Below, piece by piece: positions 14,043 to 28,728 of a DNA stretch of 64,000 nt. The stretch lies in contig CAVNZM010000002.1 of NCBI GenBank assembly GCA_963693365.1, positions 15,595,615 through 15,659,614 of the forward strand. The letters run 5' to 3'. How positions within the stretch are numbered: the stretch's first letter is position 1; every line of letters begins with the position of its first letter. A program made the position numbers and the translations under genes. This DNA is from Amoebidium appalachense (lineage: Eukaryota > Protista > Ichthyosporea). A model generated the notes under the pieces. That model saw nothing but the letters and a program-made list of their open reading frames with translations, had not been told where the DNA came from and searched no databases.

Positions 14043-14759
14043 CGGGTGTTCCTGTTGGTGCACAGTGAACAGAACATGGTGCACAGAAAAAAGATGGAAA
14101 TATGTTACAGGGTGTGCAATGGCATGTAAACACAAACATGCTAGTTGCAACACGTGCAGAGATTCGTTTGGGTAAGAAAAGAGAGGAGAGGCCGGGAAAA
14201 GATGGGAGCATAGTACCAGTTGGGATAGGATGCGTGGAAGAGGAAGGAGAAAGAATAGAAGGGGGAGGGAAGGGGGACCGGGGGGGGGGGGGGGGGGGGG
14301 GGGGGGAGGGGGGAGGTGTGTGTGTGTGTGTGTATGTGTGTGTGTGTGTGCGTGAGGTAGACCGTAGGTAAGGTAAAGTCATGACCAAAAACTTCATTCG
14401 GAAAGTATGCAAATTAAGCAGATGCAAATGCAATCTCAAGAGCACACCCAAGCACAAACGGGACGGTGGGAGGGTGGGTGGGTGTGTGTGTGGGGGGGGG
14501 GGGTTCGAGTACCCAATAAGCAGCACAAAGAATAATCACACGGCACGGTGCATACAACACACAGACTCAAGGAGAAATGCTAGAGGAGAAAATCCACAGC
14601 ACGTAAGCCGAGGCTAACGTGGGTTGGTTGTGGGGAGTAGTGTTGGGGGACAATGGGGGGAGTCAAAAAGAGGAAGAGGGGATGGGGGAATGGGAGGGGC
14701 GGGCGGAGGGAGGGGGCCGGGAGGGGGGGAGGTGAGGGAAGCGTCGGTGGCGGCGGGCA

Positions 14760-14807
<48 letters not shown>

Positions 14808-15171
14808 CAGGACGGGGGGAGATAGAGAGAGAGTGGGGGGCGGGGGGGGGGGGGGGGGGGGAGAAAGAGAGCAAGTGATAGAGGGCGAAGACGGGGAGAA
14901 GGTTTCGTAAGTGTTGGGTGCCTGTGCGGCTCAAACACTTTGCAGGAAAGTGGAACAAGATAGCTGAGGTTTGAGAATAGGCACAGGGAAGAACACGCTA
15001 AGTGATGCAAAGGTTGTATCCACGGAGGCAGGACCGGGGGTTGGGGGGAAGGGGAGGAAGGTTAACAATAAGGGGAGGGGAGGCCCCAGGGGGGGGGGGG
15101 GGAGGGGGGGGGGAACTTACCCCAGCAGCAGCCACGAAGGTGCGGCGCTGGATAGCAGCACTAGCCAGGGG

Positions 15172-15212
<41 letters not shown>

Positions 15213-15701
15213 TGTGTGTGTGTGTGAAGTCGCCATGTGTTACAAATTGGCAAAATTCCACGACCACAATCATTCTGCAAACGCGGTCCATCGGCCTACT
15301 ATATAGTTAGACATACTGTATCGTCCCTACCCAAACATGGATATCCGTCTGTACCACCTTCTACAGGCAGCCCCTGCCCGACGGCGACCTTTGAAGTACA
15401 TGTTCAACATTTGATGTTCAGGTAGCTAATTAGGAATGAGCGTAGATGTCACTCCGCCTGCACACACCCAGCACAACCCGACTCCATCGCCTCCCCAGCC
15501 CCCCAGCCCCCCAGCCCCCCAGCCCCCCCCTTCCCCCCTCTCCGGGCCCACGTCCTCCACTTCGCCATTTCCATTCGTACTACGAAACCCACTAAACTAC
15601 AAGCCATAACCTATAGCTAAATAACTGTCAAGTAAAAGCAATGGCCCTTTATCTATCGTGTAACTTACGGAGAAAGTGCAGGCGGCGATGCGAAGAGCCA
15701 T
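10280..15701 (-). CDS. MCEE: Methylmalonyl-CoA epimerase, mitochondrial (6 exons)
   Basis: Exons 15669-15701, 15121-15171, 13456-13581, 12374-12523, 11265-11340, 10280-10365, all GT-AG and phase-consistent. Motifs LNHVAIAV, PEHGV, IELIHP, GGIHHVCLE, GAHGNPVVFLHPKDCGGVLVELE; Arg/Ala-rich presequence. Confidence 0.95.
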
Positions 15702-15780
15702 TGTGAACGTTTTGGTGCCAAACGAAAATATGGCCTGTGTGCTGGTGGTGTGCGCGCCGGTGCAGACGAGACGGTCGCGC

Positions 15781-15900
15781 TTTATATAGTGATCCAAAGG
15801 TTTTGCTCAGCCAATCAGATGCGTGCACTCGCAATAAATGGCAGTTTTAGGCCAATAGGAGTAAAGATGTGACGTCACAATGACGACGAGCCAGTGATTG
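15781..15900 (-). promoter_or_regulatory. MCEE proximal promoter (divergent with START gene)
   Basis: TATATAAA on the minus strand at 15781-15788, CCAAT boxes near 15811 and 15852, TGACGTCA (CRE) at 15871-15878. Confidence 0.5.
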
Positions 15901-15958
15901 TGTGCGCAGGCCGCAGGAGTTCGTGATTCTGAGTTGACCCTCCGCGGTGTTCAGAGGA

Positions 15959-16000
<42 letters not shown>

Positions 16001-17342
16001 GAAGAGAGGTTATGTGTGTTTGTGTTTTTGCCCGCGTGTTTTTTGTGCATGTTTGTGCTTCTTCTTTTTGTGTGTATGTTTCACACGCGGAGGGGGGAGA
16101 GGGGGGAGGCTGGGGGGGAGGGCAGGGGGGCAAGTCACAGTGCACGCATAGCCACTTGATGAGGCCACTAATGGTAGACACTTGCAGGTAAAACGCGGGG
16201 TGGGGGTGGGGAGGGGATTGGCAAGGCGTGTGCCTGACGTGTTCCGGGGAGCGCTCCTGCAGACGAAGGCAGCTCGTAAACGCGCAGGCATGTATGCATG
16301 TGTAAGGGCACATGGTCTTATCACTATGAAAATGTGCGGGAAGAGGGGTTGGGGGGGAGGAGGGGAGGAGGTACTTCTGCGCAGGTAGAGTCTCAACGAA
16401 TATGAGTGAGATAAGTTGTGGAAGCTTACGGTGACCCCAACAGATTAGCAACCGTTATGTATATGGTCAGCCAGGGTCAAAGAGGGGTGAGAGTATAACG
16501 ATATGTGGATGTGCGCCTCTGTTTGGCCTCGGGGAGAGCTAGGGCAAATAGAGCTTTCAATGTTACAGATCTGTCACTACAGTACTATGATCTTCCAGGC
16601 GATACGTTTTGCAGGAGCATCTAGAGAAGGGAAAAATGGATAAATGATGGTGCTCAAGTGCACTGCACATCAGGTAGCTGTTTGAGTGCAAGACCATATC
16701 TGTCCATATTTAGTCCACGTGCAACTATGTGTGCCTTAGTCAGCAGCCACTCGTTTCTCTTCCCATTTTCAATTTCATCGATGAACTTCAGAAAACCTAA
16801 ACGATCTCTGGCCAAGTTGGCTCATGCATATGTTCGGGCCTAACTTCCGCAGAACTGCAGTAATCGGTACCGCGCGTCTCGCGTCGTAGGTTGAAAAGTC
16901 CCCTAGGGACTCATGAACATGCCTAGGCCAGTGAGGCAGATCTATACGGGCCCGTATAAATGCTTTTATATGGTTGAGAGAGTACCTTTTTGCACGTCCT
17001 GCACTGAGGCATTATAGCCTACCCGCCCCACTGCAGCTGCGGCATGATCCCGAGGTTTCCACATTTACCAATATACGATTGGATAAGGGTCACGCATATA
17101 TATAGGCGAGTGTCTATTGTTTCCAGATCTATTTCGCCAAGATGAAAATGAACACAGGATGCCTTCTTGGAAGACTATGGCTTGAAGGGCTACATAACGA
17201 GTGTATAAAGGGAGGCAGGAAAACACATTCATTCATATTTTGTACAGTTTGTTTTTCACGGTCTGAATTTGTGTATATTGTCCACTGTAACGGTAACGAG
17301 TTGGTATCAACTCTTTACCGTTGTTTGTTTGCAACTGCGAGA

Positions 17343-18110
17343 ATGACTGACCAAACCGGATCGCAGCTCCAAAACATCAGTGATGCATTTGTCACACAAC
17401 TACTAGGCTATATGGCTTTATCTTCTAAAGAAGGAGGAGGCGAAAAGCTTGGGGGAGGCTCGTGGAAGAAGGTGGAAACTCACGACGGAGTAGAATGTCA
17501 CGCTAAGCAAGTGAAAGGGACATATGCACAGGCTTTTAGACTGGAGACCACGTGTAAGGTGTGTGTTCGAAACCCTTTTGCATGTGAGCGTACGTGTGTG
17601 CGTGTACCTGCGTGCGTGCATGTACGTACGCGCTTGTGTGCATGCGTCGGCGCGCTTACTGGCTCGTGCTTCCCTTTTGATTTACTTGGGTTTGCTCGTG
17701 TGTGCTTGTGCCCCTGCCACGATGCGTGTGCGCGGGTGTGCATGTGTAACGGTGTGCACAACTGTGTCTCCACATCGGCTGATGATTGTATAGGGGAACG
17801 GACTGCCCCACAACGGCTGGTGGTTATGCGGGCTTTAATACCTATTGTATGAGCCTACGTGTGTCACTATGACACACACAAACTCAGCCTCACTTCAATC
17901 TTAACACGCACACTCCTGCGCACACAGCACACACACACCCGCACACCTTGCGCTCCTGGGAGCGGGGTTCCGGATCCTGATTTCTGTTCTTTCAGATGTC
18001 GTGAATCAGATTCTTTACTGCGGATAACCCAAAACATTTGGACACTTGGCCCACAAGTTCAAACTTTTTTCTTTAACACAAAATACACACACGCACACTT
18101 AAGCACACAT

Positions 18111-18153
<43 letters not shown>

Positions 18154-19328
18154 CCCGCCCCCTTCACCCCTTTCATCCCCATGTTGTCCTATGATGCCTG
18201 CCCATCGTGAGTCGAGCACATGACATCCTCCTCCCCCCCCCCCCCCCCCCTTCCCCCCTCCCCCCACCCCCCTCCCCCACCCCAACCCCCGTGTCCCTTG
18301 CAACTTCTGTGGTAAAGTAATGGGCCATTCTCTTGCATCCTTCCCCGTTGCTAGATTGCTGTTTTCTTTCCATCCTTTCATATATCAGAGTTGTACCGAA
18401 ATTCCTTTACCCTTCCCCCCCCCCCCCCTCCCCTCCCCCTTGTTCAGGCCATCCTCCTCCCCTCCCCTCCTCTCCCCACCCGCCCCAAAAAAAACAAGCA
18501 CCCACATCCCTTACTCTCCTCAGTATATCCTCTCCCCCCACCTGCGCAAACAATTGCTTCCTGTCCATTCTTTCAACGGACATAGACTGTCCCGCACATC
18601 TAACCACACCGCTTGTTCACCCATCTACCCATCCATAAATAAAAGCTTCCCCCTCCCCCTCCCCTCCCCACACACACATGCACACACACACACACGAACA
18701 CACACGCAGTGTTCCATGTCCTCACTTATCGACATTTTGGGACCCCGCCTTGTCTCAAGACACAAAGAGTGGAACGACACGTTTCAGGAAGGCCGTGTTG
18801 TGATTGGTGAAGCCAAGGAGAATGAGGGAGAGCAGGTTGACTTTATGTCCTATAAGGCAGGCCCTCTTGCCTTGAGGGATTTTTTGGTGGGGAGGAGGGT
18901 AATAAAAAAGGATGATGGCACTGTTTTGTTTGTGGATAAATCTGTGGAACACCCGTAAGAGCACCCCCCCTCTTCCCCCCCCCCCCCCCCCCCTCCCCCT
19001 TCTTCCCTACCCCCTTGCTTCCATGTAAAAAAAATAGGGAGACAAATCACTCATGACCAACAAGAAGCAAGGGCTGATATAGTGACAGTGGTTTCTGAGC
19101 GCACTGGTGTTGGTTGTGAGTTCATCCATTCTGTCTGAACGTTTGGTGGCCTCCGTTCACTATTGACACCATGACTAATGGAATAGGTGTGTGTATGGCA
19201 TGGTTCTACCATATCACCGATTCTAGCTACCCTCCCTCCCTCCCCCCCCCCCCCCAAAAAAAAAAAAAAAAAAAAATCAAAAAGAAGAAATCATGTGCGC
19301 GGGGGACGCACACTAGGGAGAGCACCTT

Positions 19329-19385
<57 letters not shown>

Positions 19386-20605
19386 CCTCCCCCTCCCCCC
19401 TCCCTCCTCCCTATACCCTCCGACCCACCCCTGCTTTCCAATCTCCTTGTTCCTCGAAAAGTATGTTCTCTCCCTCCAACTCCAACACATGAATCCACCC
19501 ACGCACGATAGATTTACACACAAACACACACGCACAGCCACAAAGGCGTCTCAAAAGCACCACCTCTCCTCACCTCCCCTTTCATGCTCTCCCCCTCTTT
19601 GCTTCCTGCGTTAAGCCTCCTCATTAGCCAGCCCCCCTCCCCCCCCCCCCTCCCTCTCTCTCTCTCTTTCTCTCTCGCTCCCCCCCCCCCCTCCCTACGT
19701 CCTCCCCACCCCCCCCCCCCCCTCCCTCCCGATGGTTTCTCACTTCCCGTGACCTTCTTCTCCGGTGGATTCATTTCGCTTTCTTTATCTTTCCTCCCTC
19801 CCCCCCCCTCCCCCCCCCAATACATTCCCCCCTCCCCCCGCCAAATAAATGGCGCGGGCCTGACCCCCGGCCTCTCTCTCGCTTACCTGGCTTACTCTCA
19901 CTCACACTCTCTCTTTCTTCCCCCCACCCCTTCCCCCGTCTCTGCCTGTTTAGCCCCCCCCCCCTTTCCCGGCCCTCCCCTCGCCCGGCTGCTGCCCCTT
20001 CATCCCTCGTCTCTTCTTCTCTCTCTCTCCCTTCTCTCTCTCTCTCCTATACAAGCTTTCTTTCTTCTTCTTATGTTCGCTCCACACACACACCCCCTTC
20101 CCCCCCTCCCCTCCCCCTTTGCCTCCCTCCCAAACACACACACACAGACATCTCCAATTCTAGATGTGAATGTTTCCTTGACCTCTGACCCATATACGTG
20201 CAGGGCTCAACTGCATCGGCCTGGTGCTATACGTAGCAATCTTCTGTTCAGTGTGCGGCAGCTACAGCCCCAGAGTGACGGCACAGTCAGGCTCACATAC
20301 ATGAATGCGGTGAGCAGTCAGACATCTCCCCCCTCTTCCCCCCCCCTCCCCCTCTCCCCCCCCCCCCCCCCCCCCCTCCGCCCCCTCCGTTTAGCCAGGT
20401 GTGACGAAATGCACTTTTGATTAGGGAGAATTTAAAAGCGATGTGGCACCCGGCTGCACAGGTACGCACAGCTTATTGTGTTGAACATACAGACTACCCC
20501 AGGCCCGCTACCCTCCCCCCCTCCCCCCCTCTCCCTGAACACATGTTCGCTCGTACACACACACATACAACGTGTGGCACACACATACATGTGCGCGCAC
20601 ACACA

Positions 20606-20692
<87 letters not shown>

Positions 20693-20996
20693 TCACTCAC
20701 TCACACTCACACTCAAGAGTTCAGAAAACATTGAAAAACGACATTAGCCTGGCCAGCCCTTGACCCCTGCACCTGCACCTGCATAGACACCGATAAATTT
20801 TCACACCCTATCCCTCTATTTCACTTCATCGAGACCTCTTGTTTTTTAAAGTTTTTAATCTGGCCAAGCTGTTAACTAACTATTGCACCCCTACCCCTGT
20901 ATGTGCCTCGCGCACAAAATAATTATTGTAAACGCACCTTTTCGCAAGTGAACACACATGCTCATACGCTCACATACACCGTGGGAGCACACCGAT

Positions 20997-21034
<38 letters not shown>

Positions 21035-21043
21035 TACGCACGC

Positions 21044-21125
<82 letters not shown>

Positions 21126-21252
21126 CGAGCTCGGTGGTTGGGTACCAGCATGGCTGACCAATCGGCTGAACCCAAAAGTCAGCATTGAGGAAATCCAACA
21201 CATTAAGAGAATGTGTGAGAGGGATACGGCGCAAGAGGCCGGCAACCAATAG
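17343..21252 (+). CDS. START (StAR-related lipid transfer) domain protein (4 exons)
   Basis: Exons 17343-17558, 18710-18954, 20204-20309, 21124-21252, phase-consistent. START hallmarks: [28 protein letters not shown]. Confidence 0.9.
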
Positions 21253-21623
21253 GAATAGCTACGATGACATCATGATGGTGTATGTGGTTTATGCAGTAAA
21301 TTTCATGATATCAGTGAATTGCATGCAACCTAAAAATATTGTCGTGTGACCAACAGCATTTAGATAACATGGTGGAGACTCAGGCGGCATTTCGAAGAAT
21401 ACCGATGTAGGCACACCAGTTGCCGCTTAGTCTACCGTCACGGTAAACACAACTAGTAAGATTAATAAAAAGAATACTGAAAAGTATAGACACATGCCTC
21501 TCATTAAGGGCAGGACTCAATGTTTTTCTGAAACACGGTTCTTTCTAAGGGGAAGGTGGTGATGGCCGTGTGACAGGCGGTACGCACGCGTGGCGGGTGG
21601 GTGAGTGGTTGCATGTGTGTGTG

Positions 21624-21674
<51 letters not shown>

Positions 21675-21732
21675 CGTGTGTGCGTGTGTGCGCGCACGCA
21701 TGTGCGCGTGTGTACGTGTTTTTTTTTTGTTT

Positions 21733-21786
<54 letters not shown>

Positions 21787-22637
21787 GGGAGAAGTTGTAA
21801 GGGGAGGGGGGCAGGGAATATCCTTTTTGTTATCCCAAAAAATATATGTAAGGTGCCGTTGTGCTAATATTAGGTGCCACCACCAGACCAACGTTGGTTG
21901 CATCCTTCAATCTAAAGTAAGTAAAGTAGAACCTGAAGTCGACATGAACCGTAGTACATATTATTACATAGGGAGGTAAGGTGTTTTTTTTGGGTAGGGG
22001 GTTTTTTTTGCACGGACCGACCCGTCCTGAGCTGTCCAACCGTTATCTGTCACTAAGAAAATCATACAGTAATTAAACAGATTGTTGTAAATGCCTGGAA
22101 TATAAGATTGCATGTAAATGCCATGGCCGGCCTGCTGTTGATCATAGGGTCACGGTCGGACCACATCACGGTACATATACATATGCATGTACATGTGAAC
22201 TACGACGTCCACAAGCTTTTCGATGTGCAACGAGTCGTGGTATTGATGTAATTACCAGAATTACTCTTATCACTACGTAGCTACAGTAACTACATCAGTT
22301 ATTTCGCAAGAGAAAAAATATAGTGAATAGTCCCTCCCATCTGCGCGTTTTGGCAGACAAAGAAATGGCCAAGTGGTACTGCACTCACCGTGCACAAGAC
22401 ACTTCATGACACTGCTGTGCACGTGGCACGTGCACGTGAATCGAAAGGCATGTTCCAACTCGTTTTTGTGTATTGAGTGCCGACCTCGCACATATAGCTG
22501 ACATGCAAGAACGTATACGCACTGCTGAGTGAGATCGCGTACTTACAGGCACACAGATCTGCGCACCCGGGCCCACCCCGGCCCCCCGCCCACACACACA
22601 CACGCACGCACACAATCTACCGCGGCACACGTGTCAA

Positions 22638-23643
22638 GGGGGTTTACGCTGTTTACTCGAGGCAAAGAGTGACCAGTCTCAGGTATGGGGGGGTTTTGCT
22701 CGTAATATCCCCTCAGCGGTATATCATGATCACGTACATAGATGTCGGGTGATGACTATATATCAGGGTTTACTTTCTCTACGAGGCACCATAAAGACTA
22801 AGAAAAAAAATTCTTTTGACTCGGTTTTATTGATCCGTTGATGAAGGCAACGTGCAGCCACAGGCTACATAACCACCAATGGAACTGAAAAAGCCAAAGC
22901 TACGAAATAAAAATAAAGCGACAAGTGACAAAGGACACCAGCGGGCAAAACCTTAAGTGTACGTGTATGCGTGAAACTAGTTTGCTCCAACTAGTCATAT
23001 GCATCGATGTTGACCAGACCACACTCTGCAAGAAGACATCATTACTGCTGCTTCCCAACAGGCCCCCCTCAAAACCTACCGAGGCACAGCAAGCAAGTCA
23101 GCCTCTAAAAGAGCAATGCAGACTAAATCTGAGCTAAAAAACAATCCCAACGGGCCCGGCCCCTAGATAACCCGGAGAAACTGCATCTAGCTCTCTGATA
23201 TCGATAAGGTGGCCTAGTTGTGGCAGGACACACAGAAAAACACGATTACAGAATGCATGCAAACCCGGTCATTGCCATACGACTGGAGGCTAAGGACTGG
23301 CAGTCACTTGGAAAGCTCCCCGACGACCGAGTAGCCGCCCATCCACTCACGCAGCGCAGAAGTAGCTGAAGAAGTTGCAGCAGCCCACCGCCAATAGGTC
23401 GCGTAGAAGCTTAGCGTAGAAGTTACCATAGTTGCAGTGGGCCGCCAGGCGTTGAAGAAGCCACTTCTCAAGCGAGAAACTCCGCGGAAGGGAGATGCCC
23501 CCACACTCTCACAGCAGTAGGAATACACCACGCCACACCACACACACGCTGCCATGGTGAAGAATCAATTAGTTGGGGTTCCCCGTTTTTTTTTTGTTTT
23601 TTTTTTTGTTTTGTTTTTTTTTGTTTTTTTTTTGTTTTTTTTT
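22638..23643. repeat. Unclassified interspersed repeat, long copy
   Basis: 22638-22800 and 23561-23600 match 45852-46079. Ends in AATTAGTTGGGGTTCCCCG plus poly-T; flanks ACGTGTCAA/ACGTGTAAA look like an imperfect TSD. Confidence 0.65.
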
Positions 23644-23971
23644 ACGTGTAAAGCAACGCGCACAGAAGTCCTGGGAATGATTGGTTCGGAACGCATCAGG
23701 ACCCACTTGATTGGTTGCGGTCGTTGTATGCAAAAGACGATAGATGATTGGTGTTAAGTAAGCGCGGAATGTCATTAAATTAGATGACAACGTGATCGAT
23801 TGGCTCGATATCTGCCACCCGTTCTGCCGTTGGCTATCTTGCGTCCGGTAGGCTATATAAAGCGGGCATGTGCCGTTGCAACGGCCAAGATACGCAAAAC
23901 AAACGAGCAAACAAAAAGGGTTTCTCTGTGTGCAGGTTGGCAAGGTAGATCAAGCCAGAAAACAGCAAAAA

Positions 23972-25162
23972 ATGGCGAATGCTTTCTCTCTCACAGTAGC
24001 TTTAGCGGCAGCTCTGCTTTTCACGGCAGGGGCCTCGCCTTTGCCACACGGTCGCGTTGCCCGTGCAGACGCAACAGCACCAAGCTGCACCGTGTCTAGT
24101 GGCACGTACTCGTACACAGACACGTTTCTGACCAAGCGCTCAAAAGCGGTAGAACTAGGGGCACAATGGAAGGCAGTGGAGGGTGTCAAAAACTACGAGC
24201 TTTGCTGGGATAACATGTTTAGCACGAGAATAGGTGGTGACACTCTAAGTGAAACGGTATGTGTGCTCGTTGGTGGCACAACATACAACAACGGGGGTTT
24301 GCGCTTGTACGGCTACCCAACGGGAGGAAGGCCTATTGATGTTCGCGTGCGCCCAGAGAATTGCACAGGCCCGTTTACGTCTCTCATCATTTCCAAAAAG
24401 CCAATTGGGAAGGTGTTCTGCAACCAAGCAACCCAGACAACACAGCTAATAGATCCGGCAAGCGTCAAGGTGGTTACTACGGTCACGGGTAGAAAGGCAC
24501 AGTCGAAGGTTACGTGGCAAGCGGAGAATGGCAAACCGATTACCGAATCGGTGGAAGCATGCTTGGTCCAGGTGCCGGGATATGGCACGGAGTTGTGGAC
24601 GTGCCGAAATGCCCAACCAGGAGCCACGTCTTTCAACTTCACGACGGATCTTAAAGACGAGACAACATACCTACGTGGTTCTGTTCGAGTGAGCAGCCAA
24701 TGCAGCGAATTTGTCGACGGTGAAGAGGATGTAGCGGTCAAGCCCTTTATGTATGTGCCCTTCCCTAACAAATTCCTCGGCCCAAAGGAGATGATTAACG
24801 GCACATGTTTGGTGACGGTAGGAACAAAAGCAGCGCTTCAGTATGGCGCCTGCAACTCAACTAACGTGGTTAAGGTAACGGGTGACGTCTACATCACGGA
24901 TGAGAACGCAACCACCAAAGATGGAAAGTGCATTGCTGCAGTTAAGGGCGCCGATGGCAAGTTTAGCGCCGTTTTGGCTGCGTGCAAGCAGGGAGATGTC
25001 ATGCAGGCGTGGGCGCCTTACGAGGGGAATAACTATATCGAGGGGCAGAAGCAGGTGAGGAATGCAGGGGCCGAGATACCAAACAAGGTGGGGACCAATA
25101 GCCAGTGTCTGGACTTTAGCGCAAAGCCTGGCACCCCGCCGGTGCTGAAAACGTGTGCTTAG
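23972..25162 (+). CDS. Secreted Cys-rich beta-rich protein, probable C-terminal ricin-B lectin region
   Basis: Intronless; signal peptide MANAFSLTVALAAALLFTAGA; TATATAAA at ~23854; C-terminal GKCI...LAAC...MQAW...QCLD pattern. Confidence 0.8.
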   Translation: MANAFSLTVALAAALLFTAGASPLPHGRVARADATAPSCTVSSGTYSYTDTFLTKRSKAVELGAQWKAVEGVKNYELCWDNMFSTRIGGDTLSETVCVLVGGTTYNNGGLRLYGYPTGGRPIDVRVRPENCTGPFTSLIISKKPIGKVFCNQATQTTQLIDPASVKVVTTVTGRKAQSKVTWQAENGKPITESVEACLVQVPGYGTELWTCRNAQPGATSFNFTTDLKDETTYLRGSVRVSSQCSEFVDGEEDVAVKPFMYVPFPNKFLGPKEMINGTCLVTVGTKAALQYGACNSTNVVKVTGDVYITDENATTKDGKCIAAVKGADGKFSAVLAACKQGDVMQAWAPYEGNNYIEGQKQVRNAGAEIPNKVGTNSQCLDFSAKPGTPPVLKTCA

Positions 25163-25263
25163 GTTCGTGCTGTGTCAAATCTGCGTGTCATGTCATGTGT
25201 ATAAAGGAAGTGGCAACCGTTTTGGGCTTGGTTCTTTTCCTTTCTTTTGATTTCCCCCCCCCC

Positions 25264-25299
<36 letters not shown>

Positions 25300-26213
25300 G
25301 AAGCCCCGGCATGGGCCAATGACAAAACATGGAGGCTGAGCCTTAACATGAACTTTTCCCTCTGAAGCCCAGCACCATCTGTATTGTTCTGTGATCAAAG
25401 TATTGTATAGGTTGTTGCACTTTGCTATTCCTTAATTTTGTTGTCGAAATATGTAAATGAAGTCTATAGCACTTTTGCTGTTTCTCATGTAAATTTCTTT
25501 AGCAAACTTATGTGTAAGTAATTGCCAGGCCAGTAGGTTATCATAGATCATGTGTAAACACGTGTTTGTATGGTGCACAAACGCACACTGGTTGTGATAT
25601 GCACCAAGTAAATAATTATTTGAACGAGCCCGCCAATACACAGTGGCTTACGGACACGGTGCTGTAAAGGCGTGCACCCAAAACAGTGAACCACGTGCAC
25701 TTCCACACGTGTCTTTTTAGGCTTTGGGAACGGGTGCAGGGTGGGTGGGTGGGTGGGTGAGGGGAAGGGGCAGTAGTAACTATTGAGGTCCCTCTAGTAA
25801 TCCCTCCCTTATCCGGGGGGGGGGGGGGGGGGGAGCACCTGCTCGAGGCGGTGGCGGGCCTTTCTCTGTCTCGCTCCCCCCCACCCCAAAGCTACTGCAG
25901 CCCCCCTCCCCCACCCTCTCCCCACCACCACTTAACAATTAGTCCTTCCCTCCATTTTGACACATCTTGTTTGATTGGGGCAGAGCCATCGTGATCAACA
26001 TGTGTGTGCGTCTGCACAAGTTGTGTGCCATACGGTGTGGGTGAGCAGGTGTGTCCGTTCTGTGGGTGTGTTTGACTGCAATGCCGCACGTGTGTGCGCC
26101 ACATGATACATTGGGCACTTCAGGCTAGGAAGTAGAAGCAACAAGATATTCCTAATGTGCACGATTACATGTACATGGCATTGTGCAAGCACGGTGTGAG
26201 AAAGAGGGTGTTT

Positions 26214-26251
<38 letters not shown>

Positions 26252-26664
26252 GTGCGTGTGTGCGTGCGTGCGTGCCTGTGTGCATGCGTGCATGTGTGTG
26301 TGTTGTGTGTGTCAGTGGCCATGGGTGAAACCGTGTGCCTCCAGTTCCACTTGTCTGTGTGTGCTACCCTATGTTTTTGTAAATGCGCTTATGATTAGCA
26401 TCTGCCTAGGGCTGTCTTCTTACGTAAATATGGCGCAGATGTGCATGTTTCTTCCGTGATATGTGTATGTGAGTATTTATCCGATAGATGGTACATGTGT
26501 GCCAGAGAAATTAGGGGGCTTGGTGAGGTGGTGAAGGGGAGAGCGAGAGAGAGATGGGGCAGGTGGGCAGTAAAAGCGGGGGAAGGGGGGGATCGGATAT
26601 GGAGTATGTATGGGGAGTAAGAGAAAAAAAGGAAGATTTGTGTGTGTGTGCCTGCGTACGCATA

Positions 26665-26709
<45 letters not shown>

Positions 26710-27365
26710 CACGTGACGGTCTTCATTGAAATTAAGGTGATGTCCAACATCATATACACACCGTCTTTATTCATTAGTCACATTGGTGTGTGGGTTCCAC
26801 CCTGGGTGGTGGTGGGCCAGAGAATCTCGGGGGACTCACCTGCTCGGAGGCGCATGGGTGACGGGTCCCCCTTCCCCCCCTCCCCCCCTCGGCCCCTCCC
26901 GCTCCCCCTCCCCCCTCCCTTCCCCTTCACCAGCCAGCGGAGGGGGGTGGAGGGGGGGGTCCACCCGAGCAATGGGGGCGCGCGGGGGGAGGGGGGTGGA
27001 GGGGAAGGAAAGGGGGGGAAGGGGGGGGGGGGGGGAGGGGGGGGGGGATGGGGAGAGAGTCACCTACCCGTCCAGTTCCCCCCTCCCCCCCCCCCCTCCC
27101 CCCCTCCCCCCCCCCCCCCCCCATCTTACTACTACCCCCCTCGGAGTCCCCGTTTCAAATTTAGTCGAAAAAACCCAAATACACAAGGGTTGTGGATGCC
27201 AACATGCACTGTGCATGCATACACAGCCCCTGGAAGTACACCCCTGATATGTGCACATGTCGTGCGCAAGTTTGTCAATAAATGTCGATTTTTTTTTCTT
27301 TTTTCCCTTATTTTTTTCTTTTCTTTTTTTTTTCCCGTGTTGCCCTTCCCCCACCTACTACTACC

Positions 27366-27404
<39 letters not shown>

Positions 27405-27444
27405 CACACAGACACACACACACACACACACACACATGCACGCG

Positions 27445-27487
<43 letters not shown>

Positions 27488-27575
27488 ACACACATACACA
27501 CACACCGTGAGAAACACACACAGACACACAGACACACACACACACACACACCATTACACACATACCGTCCCTCAG

Positions 27576-27615
<40 letters not shown>

Positions 27616-27649
27616 GTGACACACACACACACACACGCACACACACACA

Positions 27650-27690
<41 letters not shown>

Positions 27691-27736
27691 ATTACACACA
27701 AACCGTCCCTCAGTCACACACACACACACACGCACG

Positions 27737-27788
<52 letters not shown>

Positions 27789-28692
27789 CCATTACACACA
27801 AACCGTTCCTCAGTGACACACAGACACTCGCTCACACCACCAGCCGCTAAATCGAGCCCAGTGGAAGATTTTTCTTCATTGTTAATGTTTCATTTTCACC
27901 ACCGGCACACACACGCACACACGCCTACATATGGACATGTGCGCATCCGGACTCGAGGTAAGTAAAGCGCGTAATGAGAGCAACCTTAACGAGAGGGGGA
28001 AACAAGGAGCTCGGGAGAGAGAGAGGGGCGGGGCCTGGGGGCGGCACGCGGGGGGGGGGGGGGGGGGGGGGGGGCATATCGGCATTTCGGACTGGCGGAA
28101 TTTGTACGATATTATCACCCCCCCAAATGCGCTTTTTGGTCATAAAACATGTATTTCCTGAAAATAATGATAGTTTTACTATGTTGTTTTTTAGAAATAA
28201 GTCCTACAGGCAGCGCTGCAGCCAAAACAGTTAGCCTTCGCCGAGGTGAAAAAATTACTAACCTTTTATGGTTTGCCACTAGCCAAGAATGGCGCGAAAG
28301 AAACTGGCTATCTTTGATTTAATTGGGTAACACCTACCATCATCTTGTCGGCCCCGGGGGGGAAGGGGGGGAGGGGGGGGGGGGGGGGGGGGAAGAATTT
28401 GGCGACGGATTTTTTGGGGAAAGGGGAGAGCAGAAAGGACTATCTGGCGTTATCTGGCGCATGGATAAACTTAAGTACGGGTTATCCGTTTGCAAATCAT
28501 GAGGTGAGGGCAGACAGTATGCACGGGGCGCACGGGGACGCGCTCTCTCAAAAGAGCAGGGAAAGATGTAAACACACCATTGAGGCCACGATGGCATAAA
28601 ATGTCCGCATAGGTTGTACTTGTTTTTTTTTTCTTGTTTTTTTTTGTTTGGTGTTCATCGTGGTGGTGACACGGCAACCCAGTCCACCAGCG

Positions 28693-28728
<36 letters not shown>

